Positions 50,123-62,283 of a stretch of DNA of 64,000 bases are shown piece after piece. Position 1 is the stretch's first letter, and each line of letters starts with the position of its first letter. The notes beneath the pieces are model-generated. The model saw only the letters and a list, made by a program, of their open reading frames with translations, was not told the origin of the DNA and did no database searches. The stretch comes from Haliotis rufescens (Eukaryota). The position numbers were made by a program, and so were the translations under genes. The stretch covers positions 28,954,001 to 29,018,000 of the forward strand of contig NW_025963846.1 of NCBI RefSeq assembly GCF_023055435.1, read 5' to 3'.

Positions 50123-53100
50123 TCTGCTGCTTGTACTAGTCCGGACTGATGCCGATTTATAGTGCTAGCCCATTGAGATACCATGCCACAGTTTAACATG
50201 AATACCCCACTCAGACACAGTATACTGACTCCGAGCCGACTAGTCCTTGTTTTATCCCCTTAATGCCGAGCACCAGACAGGGTAACAACAAGTACCATAT
50301 TTTAACGTCTTTTGGTATGACGCGGCCGGGGATCGAGCCCCGGACCTTCCGCTCTCCGGGCGGACGCTCTACCACTAGACCACGGAGGCGGTCGACAGTC
50401 ATAGCAACTGATTCAGGACACCAACCATGGGCTCAGTTAACCGAAATACACAGAAGTAGGTGCGATAGTCATAACAATAGAATGAGTTAATACAGAACGT
50501 CGCGACAAAGCATTTCCATAATCACAAGGAATCTCTGCTAAAATCGGAGTCCATTGTTCTATTCCGCCTATATCGTAATCAAGCACGTGTTGTTAATCAC
50601 TATAGCGATGCTACTGGACTAACATCTAGTCTCTGAAGTGAACGTATCTCACAGAAAAACAACAGTTGTTAAATTATCTTAATAAAAATATAATAAAAAT
50701 GAACCCAGAGACTCTCTTCATTTCGTAGATACCTTATGCTGCAGTAATCTAGACTTGCCAACGTTATAGACTTACATGGGCTGTATTGAATATATTTGTA
50801 TTAGTGAGTAAAGGAGTTGGATTTAACGCCGCTTTTAGCAGTATTCCAGTTATATCGCGGCGTGTCAGCTTAATGTGGGAGGAAAGCCCGAAGTGATGCA
50901 CGCCTCAGACGTTTACCACTTCGGTGAAACCCACGAGCACGGGTATGGTTCTGACAAACCTAGAAACATAATTAGGGCGAACCGGGATTCGAACCCACAA
51001 TCATAGGTTTCTGGTGTGCCCAAGGGACGCAACTCTGCAGAGCGAATCGCTGGGCCTTAGACGACTGGGCCACCCGTGCCCCCTTATTTGTTTTAGGGTA
51101 TGTATGACAGACTATGATGCTACCAGGTATTCTTGATAAGGTGAGCCTATCCTGTCCTATCGGTGGCAACCCGTCACAAACACACGCAAGGGCAAATCAA
51201 ACGTTCACATGTAAACCATAAAACTTCCCTATTAAGGCCTTCTATGTTGTAACCCTGATCAAACAATTTTTGGCCAAGAGTCTTACGACGCTGTTTGAAA
51301 TCTACATAGAAAGGGCATGCTCGGACCACAAATGCTGTAGCTGCTGGAATATCGCTCCGGGTACGTGTTATCATGCTGTAGCTGCTGGAATATCGCTCCG
51401 GGTACGTGTTATCATGCTGTGGCTGCTGGAATATTGCTCCGGGTACGTGTTATCATGCTGTAGCTGCTGGAATATCGCTCCGGGTACGTGTTATCATGCT
51501 GTAGCTGCTGCAATATCGCTCCGGGTACGTGTTATCATGCTGTAGCTGCTGGAATATTGCTCCGGGTACGTGTTATCATTCTGTAGCTGCTGGAATATCG
51601 CTCCGGGTACGTGTTATCATGCTGTAGCTGCTGGAATATCGCTCCGGGTACGTGTTATCATGCTGTAGCTGCTGGAATATTGCTCCGGGTACGTGTTATC
51701 ATGCTGTAGCTGCTGGAATATCGCTCCGGGTACGTGTTATCATGCTATAGCTGCTGGAATATCGCTCCAGGTACGTGTTATCATGCTGTAGCTGCTGGAA
51801 TATTGCTTCTGTTCAGCGAGATCGCCCGACGCACACTGCATGCGACACACTCTTATAGTACATGTGGTATACTGGAGTGGGTGAGTGAGTTGGGTTTAAC
51901 GCCGCTTTCAACAGTATTCCAGTTATATCACGGCATGTCAGCTTTATGTGGGAGGAAAGCCCGAAGTGATGCAGGTCTCTGACGTTTACCACTTTGGTGA
52001 AATCCAAGAGCACGGGTATGGTGCTGACAAACCTAGAAACATAATCAGAGCGAACCGGGATTCGAACCCACAATCATAGGTTTCTGGCGTGCCCAAGGGA
52101 CTCAACTCTGCACAGCGAATCGCGGCGCCTTGGACGACTGGGCCACCCGTGCCCCCGGTATACTAGATATTGCACTTGATAAACGGTATACTGCATGTAA
52201 TATACGTTTCGGTCGTGACAAAGGTCATGCCCTCACGTCCTCAATAAGGGTTGTGAATGATGTATAGTGGACAATCGATATGAGTGCATAAAAAAATGAA
52301 TTGTTTGCAAACATTGTCTTATTGCTGAGCAATAATTATTATAGATAGACATGGATTTTGAATTGAATTTGCTGTGGACCACTTTTATATTTAATAATGT
52401 ACAATACGACTAACTAAATACATTGACATACATACATCCATGATACAGAATCAAGCAAATATACATACGAATGCTTATGCTGGTTGATAAGAATTGGGCA
52501 TCAGCAATGAAAACATTGCTTGATACGAGGGCTGGTCAAAAAGCTCTAAGCCTGACTAACTTTCATCTATGGGTCATTAGAACAATCAATGTACAGTGAA
52601 CTACGGTTATAACGAACACGCTTATAACGAACTAACGGATATAACGAACTAACTTTTTAGTCCCAACTATTTGCTGTAGCTATACTGTATATATGCTTAT
52701 AACGAATTACGGTTATAACGAACTAAAATTAGTAGTCCCTTTGAGTTCGTTATAACCGTAGTTTACTGTAGTACATTGTTGTAGTAGTTCATTGCCCGTG
52801 TATTTGATCTGTTGAGGCCGTTTGCATATTTGTGATGGCCAGTTGAACATAATTAAAGTTTAGTGCGTCAACATTTTCCTCAGTCTGATGCTATTCAAAT
52901 GTTGATGGCAGTATCGTGAAATGTACAGAAGCTAACATATTCGTGTGTATTTATTCAAGTAAGATATGAGTAAGGACCAGGTTCTATGCCACAATAGTTT
53001 GTAATGTTGTTGTTTGTTATATATCATTGTTTTTATGACAACAGTGTGTGGCATTGTGAAGCATGCTTAAGTGCGTGTATGTCATATTTCACTGAAACCC

Positions 53101-54476
53101 AGTAATGCGGTTCAATACCACTGGAGATAGAACTGGGTCGATCCCGACGCCCACCGACTCCCCTACTGGAACGTGGGGTTGGGGTTGGGGTGGTGTGGTG
53201 TGGGGTGGTGTGGGGTGGGGTGGTGTGGGGTGGGGTGGGGTGGGGTGGGATGGTGTGGGGTGGGGTGGGGTGGGGTGGTGTGGGGTGGTGTGGGGTGGTT
53301 ATAACCGTAGTTTACTGTAGTACATTGTTTGAGTAGTTCATTGCCCGTGTATTTGATCTATTGAGGCCGTTTGCATATTTGTGATGGCCAGTTGAACATA
53401 ATTAAAGTTTAGTGCGTCAACATTTTCCTCAGTCTGAGAGAGAACAATGGTCATTACAGTTATGAATGGGGCAACGGCGATCGGAGGGAGTAGAGATGGC
53501 AGGCTGGACGAGAGTAGATGGGATATGGGATACATTGGGAGGAGGAGGGGGGGTTGTGTGTGTCTTATTTGCACGTTTGGGTTTTCGGCGGATCCTCAAA
53601 GGAAAACAAGTCTTACTGGTGGGTGCACCATCATCGGAGCTTGTAGTTTTAAACGAGGAAAGAGACATTGTAACTTACAGACTTAACAAGAATGACAAAG
53701 TTGTATTCACACTTACCCAGAGGAAATATAAAACTGTAAACACAAAACACTAAAAGTCACCAAGTCACTGACACATGGCATTGAGTTCAGTTGGAATGTT
53801 TTGCCTTTGATGAAGTCCTTGGTTTTCTTTTAGTTACTGCGCGGACAGGGCTTCGCATGTAGGGGTCGTTGTTCATGCGTTGCTTGCAGCTGTGGAAAGT
53901 GGAGTCCAAGGGTACTAGTTGTTCTTCACATCAGTTTGCCGTAAACCACACATCACAGTTATAATATGTGACAGAATCCTTTTCACCAAGCTACAAAGTG
54001 TCTGAATTGTGGTTTACGTGGCACAATTCACAGACAGTGTGGTCAACTGATCTCCTATTCACGATGTTGGTGGCTGCCTTCGTCAAGCTGACTTGTGCTG
54101 TAGACTCAGGATGGAAGGATATCGTCCACAGCTGGCTCCCTACATACCACATACACAGTGTCACTTCATATTTGAGTGTCCCAGTGATGCCTCATCCATA
54201 GAAATAGATTGGCACAATGATCCAGTGAAGTTTGAGAAATATATCTCTCTATCAAGTCGTAATTCTTGTGATGAAAATGTTACACCAGATGCGCAGTACG
54301 AGCAGACTTCCAACAAGGATATTCCTTTATATTTATGACAATACTCGTTCAAAGTAATCTCCTGCATGAAAATGATTTGCACAACTATAGATACTGTAGG
54401 AGACAATGTAGACTACTTCAGAATTCAAGTCATTTCCTCGGTGATCTGTTTGAGTAAATGCAGACAGGCTCCCTTT

Positions 54477-55466
54477 TCACTGGCGACGCAGGAACACACC
54501 AATACCAACACCAATACCAATCGCACAGATTGCAAGGTAGCCATAAGCCAGTTTCATCAAAACAGAATCCGAGTAAACTGTTTTCAGCATTTCACAAACT
54601 TGTTCTGCTGTTGGGCGTTTGGACATGTCTCTCCGTAAGGCTGCCTTGATCACGTCTCCCAGTCCCTGATCAGCGACATGACGGAGTTCTATTTCCCCTC
54701 TTACCTCGGCCAGACGGCGTCCATTGTAGTAGGCAACTAGTTTGTCGTCGTCGAATTCAGGACGCAATAAAGCAAAGGCGATAGCGCCAAGAGAGAAAAT
54801 ATCACTTTTATCTGTCAGAGCCGCTTCAGGGGGTGAAAAACAAGTGTCTCCTGCCCCATCGTTCTCGTCATGTTCCCCATCTTCCCCGGCATGTACGCCA
54901 AAATGTCCCCCGTCATGTACGCCAAAATGTCCCCCGTCATGTACGCCAAAATGTCCCCCGTCATGATCCCCGCCATGTCTCCTGTCACGTTCCAGGCCAC
55001 GTCTCCCGTCATATTCCGACAACGAGCGAGCCGATCCAAATCCTGCTATTTTATAAACCGCTCGATTGTACCATGTCACAAGGATGTTTTCTGGCTGCAG
55101 ATTACGGTGTTCTATACGCAAGTTATGAAGAAACTCCAATCCACTGCCAATGTCGGTTACGACAGAACGACAGTCGGCCTCGTCTAGAGGATTCTTCGAG
55201 TTTGAACGTTTACTCACATACTGGTCCAGGTTGCCTTCCTCGCAATATTCAAAGGTCAGTGTGAAGCCATCTGCAGTAAAACCTTCACCAATCATCTTGA
55301 CAATGTTCTTGGCCCCTTCAGATTCCCCGCATTGTCGGAGTATGTTCTTTTCGGCGGCTGCTTGAAGTTGTGAGCAGACAAGTACTTTCTCAACAACCAT
55401 CTTGTTACCTTTCTTTTCCTTGCGCACTCTTGAGAACCGACCAGGAACAAGTTCTATTCCCGCCAT
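54477..55466 (-). CDS. Type B pseudokinase (K8), 329 aa
   Basis: Intact paralog. Last gene of the array. Confidence 0.92.
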   Translation of the reverse strand: MAGIELVPGRFSRVRKEKKGNKMVVEKVLVCSQLQAAAEKNILRQCGESEGAKNIVKMIGEGFTADGFTLTFEYCEEGNLDQYVSKRSNSKNPLDEADCRSVVTDIGSGLEFLHNLRIEHRNLQPENILVTWYNRAVYKIAGFGSARSLSEYDGRRGLERDRRHGGDHDGGHFGVHDGGHFGVHDGGHFGVHAGEDGEHDENDGAGDTCFSPPEAALTDKSDIFSLGAIAFALLRPEFDDDKLVAYYNGRRLAEVRGEIELRHVADQGLGDVIKAALRRDMSKRPTAEQVCEMLKTVYSDSVLMKLAYGYLAICAIGIGVGIGVFLRRQ

Positions 55467-56224
55467 TCTTCGTATTCGTGGAATACAACTCCTCTGAACA
55501 GTCTCAAGGAAATGCGACGTAGTAGTTAGATTCGGTGACGTGAAGTTATATTTAGACTGAACACCTGACCGAGAGTCAGTAGGTCAGGTCGTGGTTCTGG
55601 TTAACCCCTGTTGTTATCTAAGGCCATCAGGACGACCATCCTTCGTCACTACTCGCCTCTTTCCGTAGCTTGTCTCGGAATGAACCACGACATGTGGTAT
55701 TCAGCAGCACCATGTAAATAGTTTATCAAGGCCATTGATAGAAAAATACTGATTACCTCGTAATTTGATGAGGATTTACTGTACAGTCAATTACTTAGCG
55801 TGGGATCCAAAGCGAGAAGGGCCAGAGTCACCTGTGAATAAGGTCAAGGTCACAGTAAAGGTCTATATTACAGAATGTTTGCAATGCAGGGTTGTTATTT
55901 GAATACTTAACACTTATGAGCGACGAGTGTTGACAATCTTATGATAAGAGGAGTAGGTCATGGTGACGTACCAGCAAATACATGTCAAACACGTGGTACT
56001 TTAATCTAGGTTAGGTTGTACATCACAGGCTTAAGATACCCACATTGAAATAGCAGAGCAGAAATACACAATAGGCGCTGTAGCCATACAAATTATATGA
56101 GCTAATATGTGACGTCACACCACCATCGTTTCGGCATATTGCAATATCAAACATTACATTCAGTAAACTTCACACACTATCTATAACCTATGACCCAACA
56201 TACCAAGTTCTTAACATGTATATA

Positions 56225-57540
56225 TACTGAACCAAATTAAAAACTTCACAATCCTAAAATTTTAACATTTTGACTAGTTATCATTGTGGGCCCTTATTGT
56301 GTATTTAAACAGTAATGGCCACGTATTGTCTTTAGATAACACCCGTTTTTGTGCAGGTGAATCGATCAAAATCATGTGCACAGCACTATAGTGGCAAAGG
56401 TGTTTTTTCAGCCATACTTGTTAGCAGTCATTAACAAAAAAAGGAAAAACACAAGAAAACAAAAGTCTTTACGGCCATTTGTAATGCCACGCCTTTCAAA
56501 TGTGCAACGTGAACGTGCCATCGGCATGTTGCAGACGGGAACGTCCGTAGCTGAAGTCGCAAGGACGATGGGTTGTAGTCGACGGACTGTTTATGATTTA
56601 CAGACGCGTCTACAGAAAACGGGTACCACCGCTGATCGCCCTCGGCCAGGTCGACCACGTGTGACGTCACATGCAGAGGATCGTCAGATTGTCTTACGTC
56701 ACCTCCGTAACCGATTTTTGACGGCTACATCAACCAGAAATAAACTGTTTAGGGGTAGACTGAGTGCGCAAACTGTTCGAAACCGTCTGAGAACTGCTCA
56801 CCTTCAAGCACGACGGCCATACTGCGGGCCGATTCTGACTCAATTACACAGACGTCAACGTCAATTGTGGGCACAGCGACACTTAAGATGGTCTCAGAGG
56901 AATTGGAATCAAGTCGTCTTCAGTGATGAATCCCGATTTAATCTTCGATTTGCTGATGGTAGGGCGAGGGTGTGGAGGCGCCGTCATGAACGTTACGCCC
57001 AGTATTGTATACAGGAAGTTGACAGATTTCGAGGCGGAAGTGTCATGGTGTGGGGTGCTTTCTGTGGCAATGCACGTTCCAGGTTTCTTGTCATCCATGG
57101 CAACCTCAACGCTGCTGCTTACCGCGACCAGGTACTGGCACCAGAACGTCTGATTTTATGGCAGCACATGGACCCGGTTTGATCTTCTAACACGACAATG
57201 CCCGACCCCACACAGCAATTTTGACAAGGAATTTCCTTCAGAATGCGGGAGTCAACGTCATGGACTGGCCGTCAAGGTCTCCTGACCTCAATCCCATCGA
57301 ACACGTCTGGGATGCTCTTGGCAGAAGTCTGCGCACTCTCCAGAACCAACCACAGAATTTGCAACATCTTGTCACCATTTTGCAGTAACAATGGCGTCGT
57401 CTTCCCAATCATGTGTTCACAAGCATCACAAGGTCCATGCGGAGGCTTTGTGTGGCAGTTGTCAACGCACATGGTGGCCATACACGCTACTGAACTTGTG
57501 TGCCATCAGATTCTCGTGCTTGGGACTTATGATTTAAACT
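56225..57540 (+). mobile_element. Defective Tc1 (DD34E) transposon; transposase pseudogene 56484-57493
   Basis: MPRLSNVQRERAIGML HTH, GRPRVT, VVFSDESRF, then after a frameshift F*HDNARPH...WPSRSPDLNPIE (34 residues between D and E) and HTRY-stop. Two in-frame stops. Left end ta-tactgaaccaaa; no right TIR found. Confidence 0.92.
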
Positions 57541-58255
57541 GTTGATGTTATTACCGAATACCGTAGGTGCTTGGAACAAATTATGGTTACCACCGTTAAT
57601 TAAAATCCTTCTTTGGACACATATGGGATTACTTTCAACATGATTCATGATTGTTTATGTAACTATAATCTTCATATACAAACATACGAAAAAACAAGTA
57701 TATTAATTATAACATATCTTCTCGAAATTACGAGCTTTTATTGTTTTTCTTGTGTATGTGCGGATGAGTACGGCACAATGGGGTGTCTAACTGTGTAGCA
57801 ATACTGCGGAAAGATTCCATGAACATAACAACAAAAGAACGTGAAACATGGACATGGAGGTTGGGGGTGGGTCTAGAATGTAGGTTGAGGTGAGGAGTTG
57901 AGGAGGGGGGAGGGGAGGAGGGGGAGGGGAGGAGGGGGGAGGGGAGGAGTGACACAAGTGGGTTTCAGGTACTAGCAGGCTGTAGGGAATGCGCCATGGA
58001 TCAAGAACATTCATGTATTAAAGTATAAAGTTTGCTATGACCTATTGTCCTTAAAGCACGAGGATGCTTGCGTCCGAGTGCTTTGACGTTTTAATAGTTC
58101 AGAAAAATATACTTTATAACGTTACATATGGAGGTAGAGCAAACTTTATTTCTTTTCTAAGATGCCGAATTTAAGACTGCAATAAGCAATAAGGAGCGCC
58201 GTAAATTGAAAATCCATGATGGGCTTGTTCCAACCTAATCGCCTGCGCCCTATCG

Positions 58256-58522
58256 TTAAGAGACAAGGGAGAGAAAGGATAACGTCAACGGCGGCGGCGG
58301 CGGATGTGCTTGTAACGGCGGGTTGGCTTGACGCAGCGGCGACGGTGGGTGGACTTGCGGCGGCGGCGGCGTTAGCGGGTGGTCTTGTAATGGCGAGTGG
58401 ACTTGCGGCGGCGGGTGGGCTTGTAACGGCGGCGGTATGCTATGTTTATTTCTCCTGTGTCGTAACATGACATCTCTCCTTGAAAACATTTTTTCACAGT
58501 CCGGACAGGTGGCAACCCCCAT
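58256..58522 (-). other. Short ORF with one C2H2 zinc finger and Pro-rich octapeptide-like repeats; probably TE- or virus-derived
   Basis: CPDCEKMFSRRDVMLRHRRNKH fits C-x2-C-x3-F-x8-H-x4-H, followed by PPLQAHP/PPPQVHP repeats. Confidence 0.5.
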
Positions 58523-59547
58523 GGTGATCCAATACGGTGTGCGATTAGAGGGTATGAAGCTTTCTTTTATACCCTTGACTCTGTTGACGCTTCAAGGCAG
58601 CAAATGCCCGTTCCACCACAGCCTTCACCTCCGACACATGTTGTATTTTCACGGGTTGGGTGTTGTCTTCGATCCCTCACTCACTGATACCAATACATCT
58701 AAAAAGTAATGTCATCATTTAAATGGTGAGTTTAAACGCGTATTTTACCCTTACACACCCTTCCTGTCTGTTATCAATGTGTCACTGTTTACAGTTCGGG
58801 CGATCATAACCCTATAGACATGTGTGCGGGCGAGTTCATTCATCAGAAATCTGTCATTTACGATGTGTTTATAAATATGAACTGCTAACCACGCTCATAG
58901 TCATGTTGCGTGTCGTGGTTAGAACCACGATCTATTGAAAGGTGTCATACATTCGTGTTCGGATATAGGTACAACATCTACAAGCACATACTTTCCTACA
59001 TCATTCAAATGTTTTAAATACCGGATACGTTTAATAGACACCAACGAAAGAAAGGTTTAATGAGGAGAATACCCATATATATACTCTCTGAAATAACTCC
59101 CTTTTAAAATAACAAATGTACAACACATGTTCCCTAACATATAATAAATACGGGACACTGGTCACACAATTTATGAATGGGAAGCTTCAGGCGAGGCTGT
59201 TATGTTAACATTATTGTAAGGCCGGGGTATGTTGACATTGTTATGGGCGGTCGGTCGCTTAGTCTCTCTGCTATACATTAGCTCATTCTTGCGCGCTAAA
59301 TGTAAACTACACTGCTAGCTTGCTGATTGTGTAGTCTTATCTATTTTGTCTATATTTTTTTCTATACAGGTTGTCTAACGTTCATGGTGTACAACTTGTA
59401 GACCGTACAAGATGAATTTGATCCAGCTAGACGTACATTTATTATTCCTACATTACCCGGCGTATATCATGTTGACTCAACCCGTCTCTATAGTGCTACT
59501 TGTACTTTCAACACACACCCTGCATTCATCAAACCAGGTCGCACGCT

Positions 59548-59820
59548 CTAGTGCGGTGTCACGCTCTGATAGGGGGTGGGGGGTGGGGGGTAGAAAACAC
59601 AGTCATAGGCTGGATTGGATTCAGTAGAATGCAGTTGAGAAATGTAATGTAACGATAACTTTATGCGACATTTAAGTGACGGTTCATCAGCCTCCACATA
59701 CAGACAATCCATCGGAGAAGTTCTGAAGGCCCAAAGGCAAAGCCTCAGACCTTGATGAATTTTTTTCAAATTCACTTTACAAGCACCACCATAGATATAG
59801 AGCGGATGAGCGCTCTGTAC
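59548..59820 (-). mobile_element. LINE fragment (region between RT and RNase H, I/Nimb-like)
   Basis: [28 protein letters not shown] resembles the conserved GAFRTSP...L..EA motif. Confidence 0.75.
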
Positions 59821-59835
59821 AGTGGGAGGGGTGTT

Positions 59836-61132
59836 TTTGGGAGTGGGTGTGGGTGTGGGTGTGGGTGTGGGTGTGGGAGTGGGTGTGGGAGTGGGTGTGG
59901 GTGTGGGAGTGGGAGTGGGAGTGGGTGTGGGTTTGGGTGTGGGTGTGTATTGTGGGAGTGGGTGTGGGTGTGGGTGTGGGTGTGGGTGTGGGTTTGGGTG
60001 TGGGTTTGGGTGTGGGTTTGGGTGTGGGTATGGGTGTGGGTGTGGGTTTGGGTGTGGGTGTGTATTGTGGGAGTGGGTTTGGGTGTGGGTTTGGGTGTGG
60101 GTTTGGGTGTGGGTTTGGGTGTGGGTTTGGGTGTGGGTGTGGGTTTGGGTGTGGGTGTGTATTGTGGGAGTGGGTGTGGGTGTGGGTGTGGGTGTGGGTG
60201 TGGGTTTGGGTGTGGGTTTGGGTGTGGGTTTGGGTGTGGGTTTGGGTTTGGGTGTGGGTTTGGGTGTGGGTGTGGGTGTGGGTGTGTATTGTGGGAGTGG
60301 GTGTGGGTTTGGGTGTGGGTTTGGGTGTGGGTGTGGGTGTGGGTGTGGGTGTGGGTGTAGCTGTGTATTGTGGGAGTGGGTGTGGGTGTGGGTTTGGGTG
60401 TGGGTTTGGGTGTGGGTGTGGGTGTGGGTGTGGGTGTGGGTGTGGGTGTTGGTGTGGGTGTGGGTTTGGGTGTGGGTTTGGGTGTGGGTGTGGGTGTGGG
60501 TGTGGGTGTTGGTGTGGGTGTGGGTGTGGGTGTGGGTGTGGGTGTTGGTGTGGGTTTGGGTGTGGGTTTGGGTGTGGGTGTGGGTGTGGGTTTTGGTGTG
60601 GGTTTTGGTTTGGGTTTGGGTGTTGGTGTGGGTTTGGGTGTGGGTTTGGGTGTTGGTGTGGGTGTGGGTGTGGGTGTGGGTTTGGGTTTGGGTGTTGGTG
60701 TGGGTGTGGGTGTGGGTGTGGGTTTGGGTGTTGGTTTGGGTGTGGGTGTGGGTGTGGGTTTGTGTTTGGGTGTGGGTGTGGGTGTTGGTGTGGGTGTGGG
60801 TGTGGGTATGGGTTTTGGTGTGGGTGTGGGTTCGGGTGTGGGTTTGGGTGTTGGTGTGGGTGTGGGTGTGGGTGTGGGTTTGGGTGTGGGTGTGGGTGTG
60901 GGTTTGGGTGTGGGTTTGGGTGTGGGTTTGGGTGTGGGTTTGGGTTTGGGTGTGGGTTTGGGTGTGGGTGTGGGTTTGGGTGTGGGTGTGGGTGTGGGTG
61001 TGGGTTTGGGTGTGGGTGTGGGTTTTGGTGTGGGTGTGGGTGTGGGTGTTGGTGTTGGTGTTGGTGTGGGTGTGGGTGTGGGTGTGGGTGTGGGTTTGGG
61101 TGTGGGTGTGGGTGTGGGTGTGGGTATGGGTG
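59836..61132. repeat. 1.3-kb hexamer satellite (GGGTGT/GGGTTT)n
   Basis: Seen directly. A gtgtattgtgggagt interruption recurs five times. Confidence 0.97.
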
Positions 61133-61631
61133 CGTGAGTGCTTGTATATGACCCATTTTATAGTCTTTATTAAGTGTAAACCTAAAACTGTGTTGCATGT
61201 TATGTGTTAATTGCTCATTGTTCTTGGCCATTTACAGATTTCACAGTTTAGTTCTTTACCCACAGATTTCAGGATTGGACTTTCAATTAGGGAAATCACC
61301 TCGTAACATCGGTTTCAGTTCAGTCTAATTGCTCGGGCCTGAGTCACCAACAGCCTGTGTTTTCAATAGGCTATAAAAGGGAGGCGACAGATAATAGCAA
61401 TTGGTTCTGGGTACCTACCACAGGCTTAGATAACCGACCCACATTCAAAAAGCAGTGCAGAAATACACAAGAGTAGGTGCGAAAGTCATACCAAATGAAT
61501 GTGTTAATTTTGAATGTCGCGACAAAACCATTTCCATATTCACAAGGAATCACTGCTGAAAGCAGAGTCTATTGTTTTATTATATACTTCAGTGTGAAAG
61601 ACTGAGTTTTCTGAAGTTGAGAAAAGTGTTA

Positions 61632-61800
61632 TTTTCATTGCAGTGAACATAACACCTGATATTTCACTGCAGTGAACATAACACCTGATATTTCACTGCA
61701 GTGAACATAACACCTGATATTTCATTGCAGTGAACATAACACCTGATATTTCACTGCAGTGAACATAACACCTGATATTTCACTGCAGTGAACATAACAC
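61632..61800. repeat. 29-bp tandem repeat, ~6 copies
   Basis: Unit ttcactgcagtgaacataacacctgatat, containing the palindrome TTCACTGCAGTGAA. Confidence 0.9.
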
Positions 61801-62108
61801 GTTGACCGTACTATGTTAGCCTACACGAGACAGCTCGTACACAAACTGTTGATTTACGTCAGTTCAACGTTGACAAGTCATAGACAGATGGTCATTTATG
61901 TAGTTAATACCGATTCTTACCGTTTGTTATTTTGTTGAAAATGATTTGTATTAAACTGTGAATTTCTCTTCTGATTTGTCAGTTGATACTTTACGTTTCG
62001 CAAAGCTCCATTTTGTTACTTGAATTGCGTGTATTCTTTCGCTTCGAACAACGTTAACCGTCTCATTGATTTGAAATTTATTTTTTGATGAAGTTGATTT
62101 TGTATATA

Positions 62109-62283
62109 CAGTAAACTATGGTTATAACGAACACGCTTATAACAAACTGACCAATATAACCAACTTATTTTTTAGTCCCGGCCTTTTGTTGTATATATGC
62201 TGTATATCTTTTTATAACGAACTACGGATATAACGAACTAAAATTAGTGGTCCCTTCGAGTTCGTTATAACCGTAGTTTACTG
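62109..62283. mobile_element. Independent copy of the TA-flanked Tc1/mariner MITE
   Basis: ta-cagtaaactatggttataacgaac ... gttcgttataaccgtagtttactg-ta, with flanks different from the array copies. Confidence 0.85.

Larger units (their letters stand above)
32621..55964. repeat. Three tandem segmental duplications [C-spacer-B]: 32621-40398, 40399-48174, 48175-55964
   Basis: The junction ggtcatggt|cttggcc recurs at 32620, 40398 and 48174. Homology ends at ggtcatggt|gacg (55964). Periods are 7778, 7776 and 7790 bp. Confidence 0.95.

Noticed and set aside
59752-61231. Long GV/WV/CG/HP-repeat ORFs
   Set aside because: They are artefacts of a hexamer satellite that lacks stop codons in any frame.
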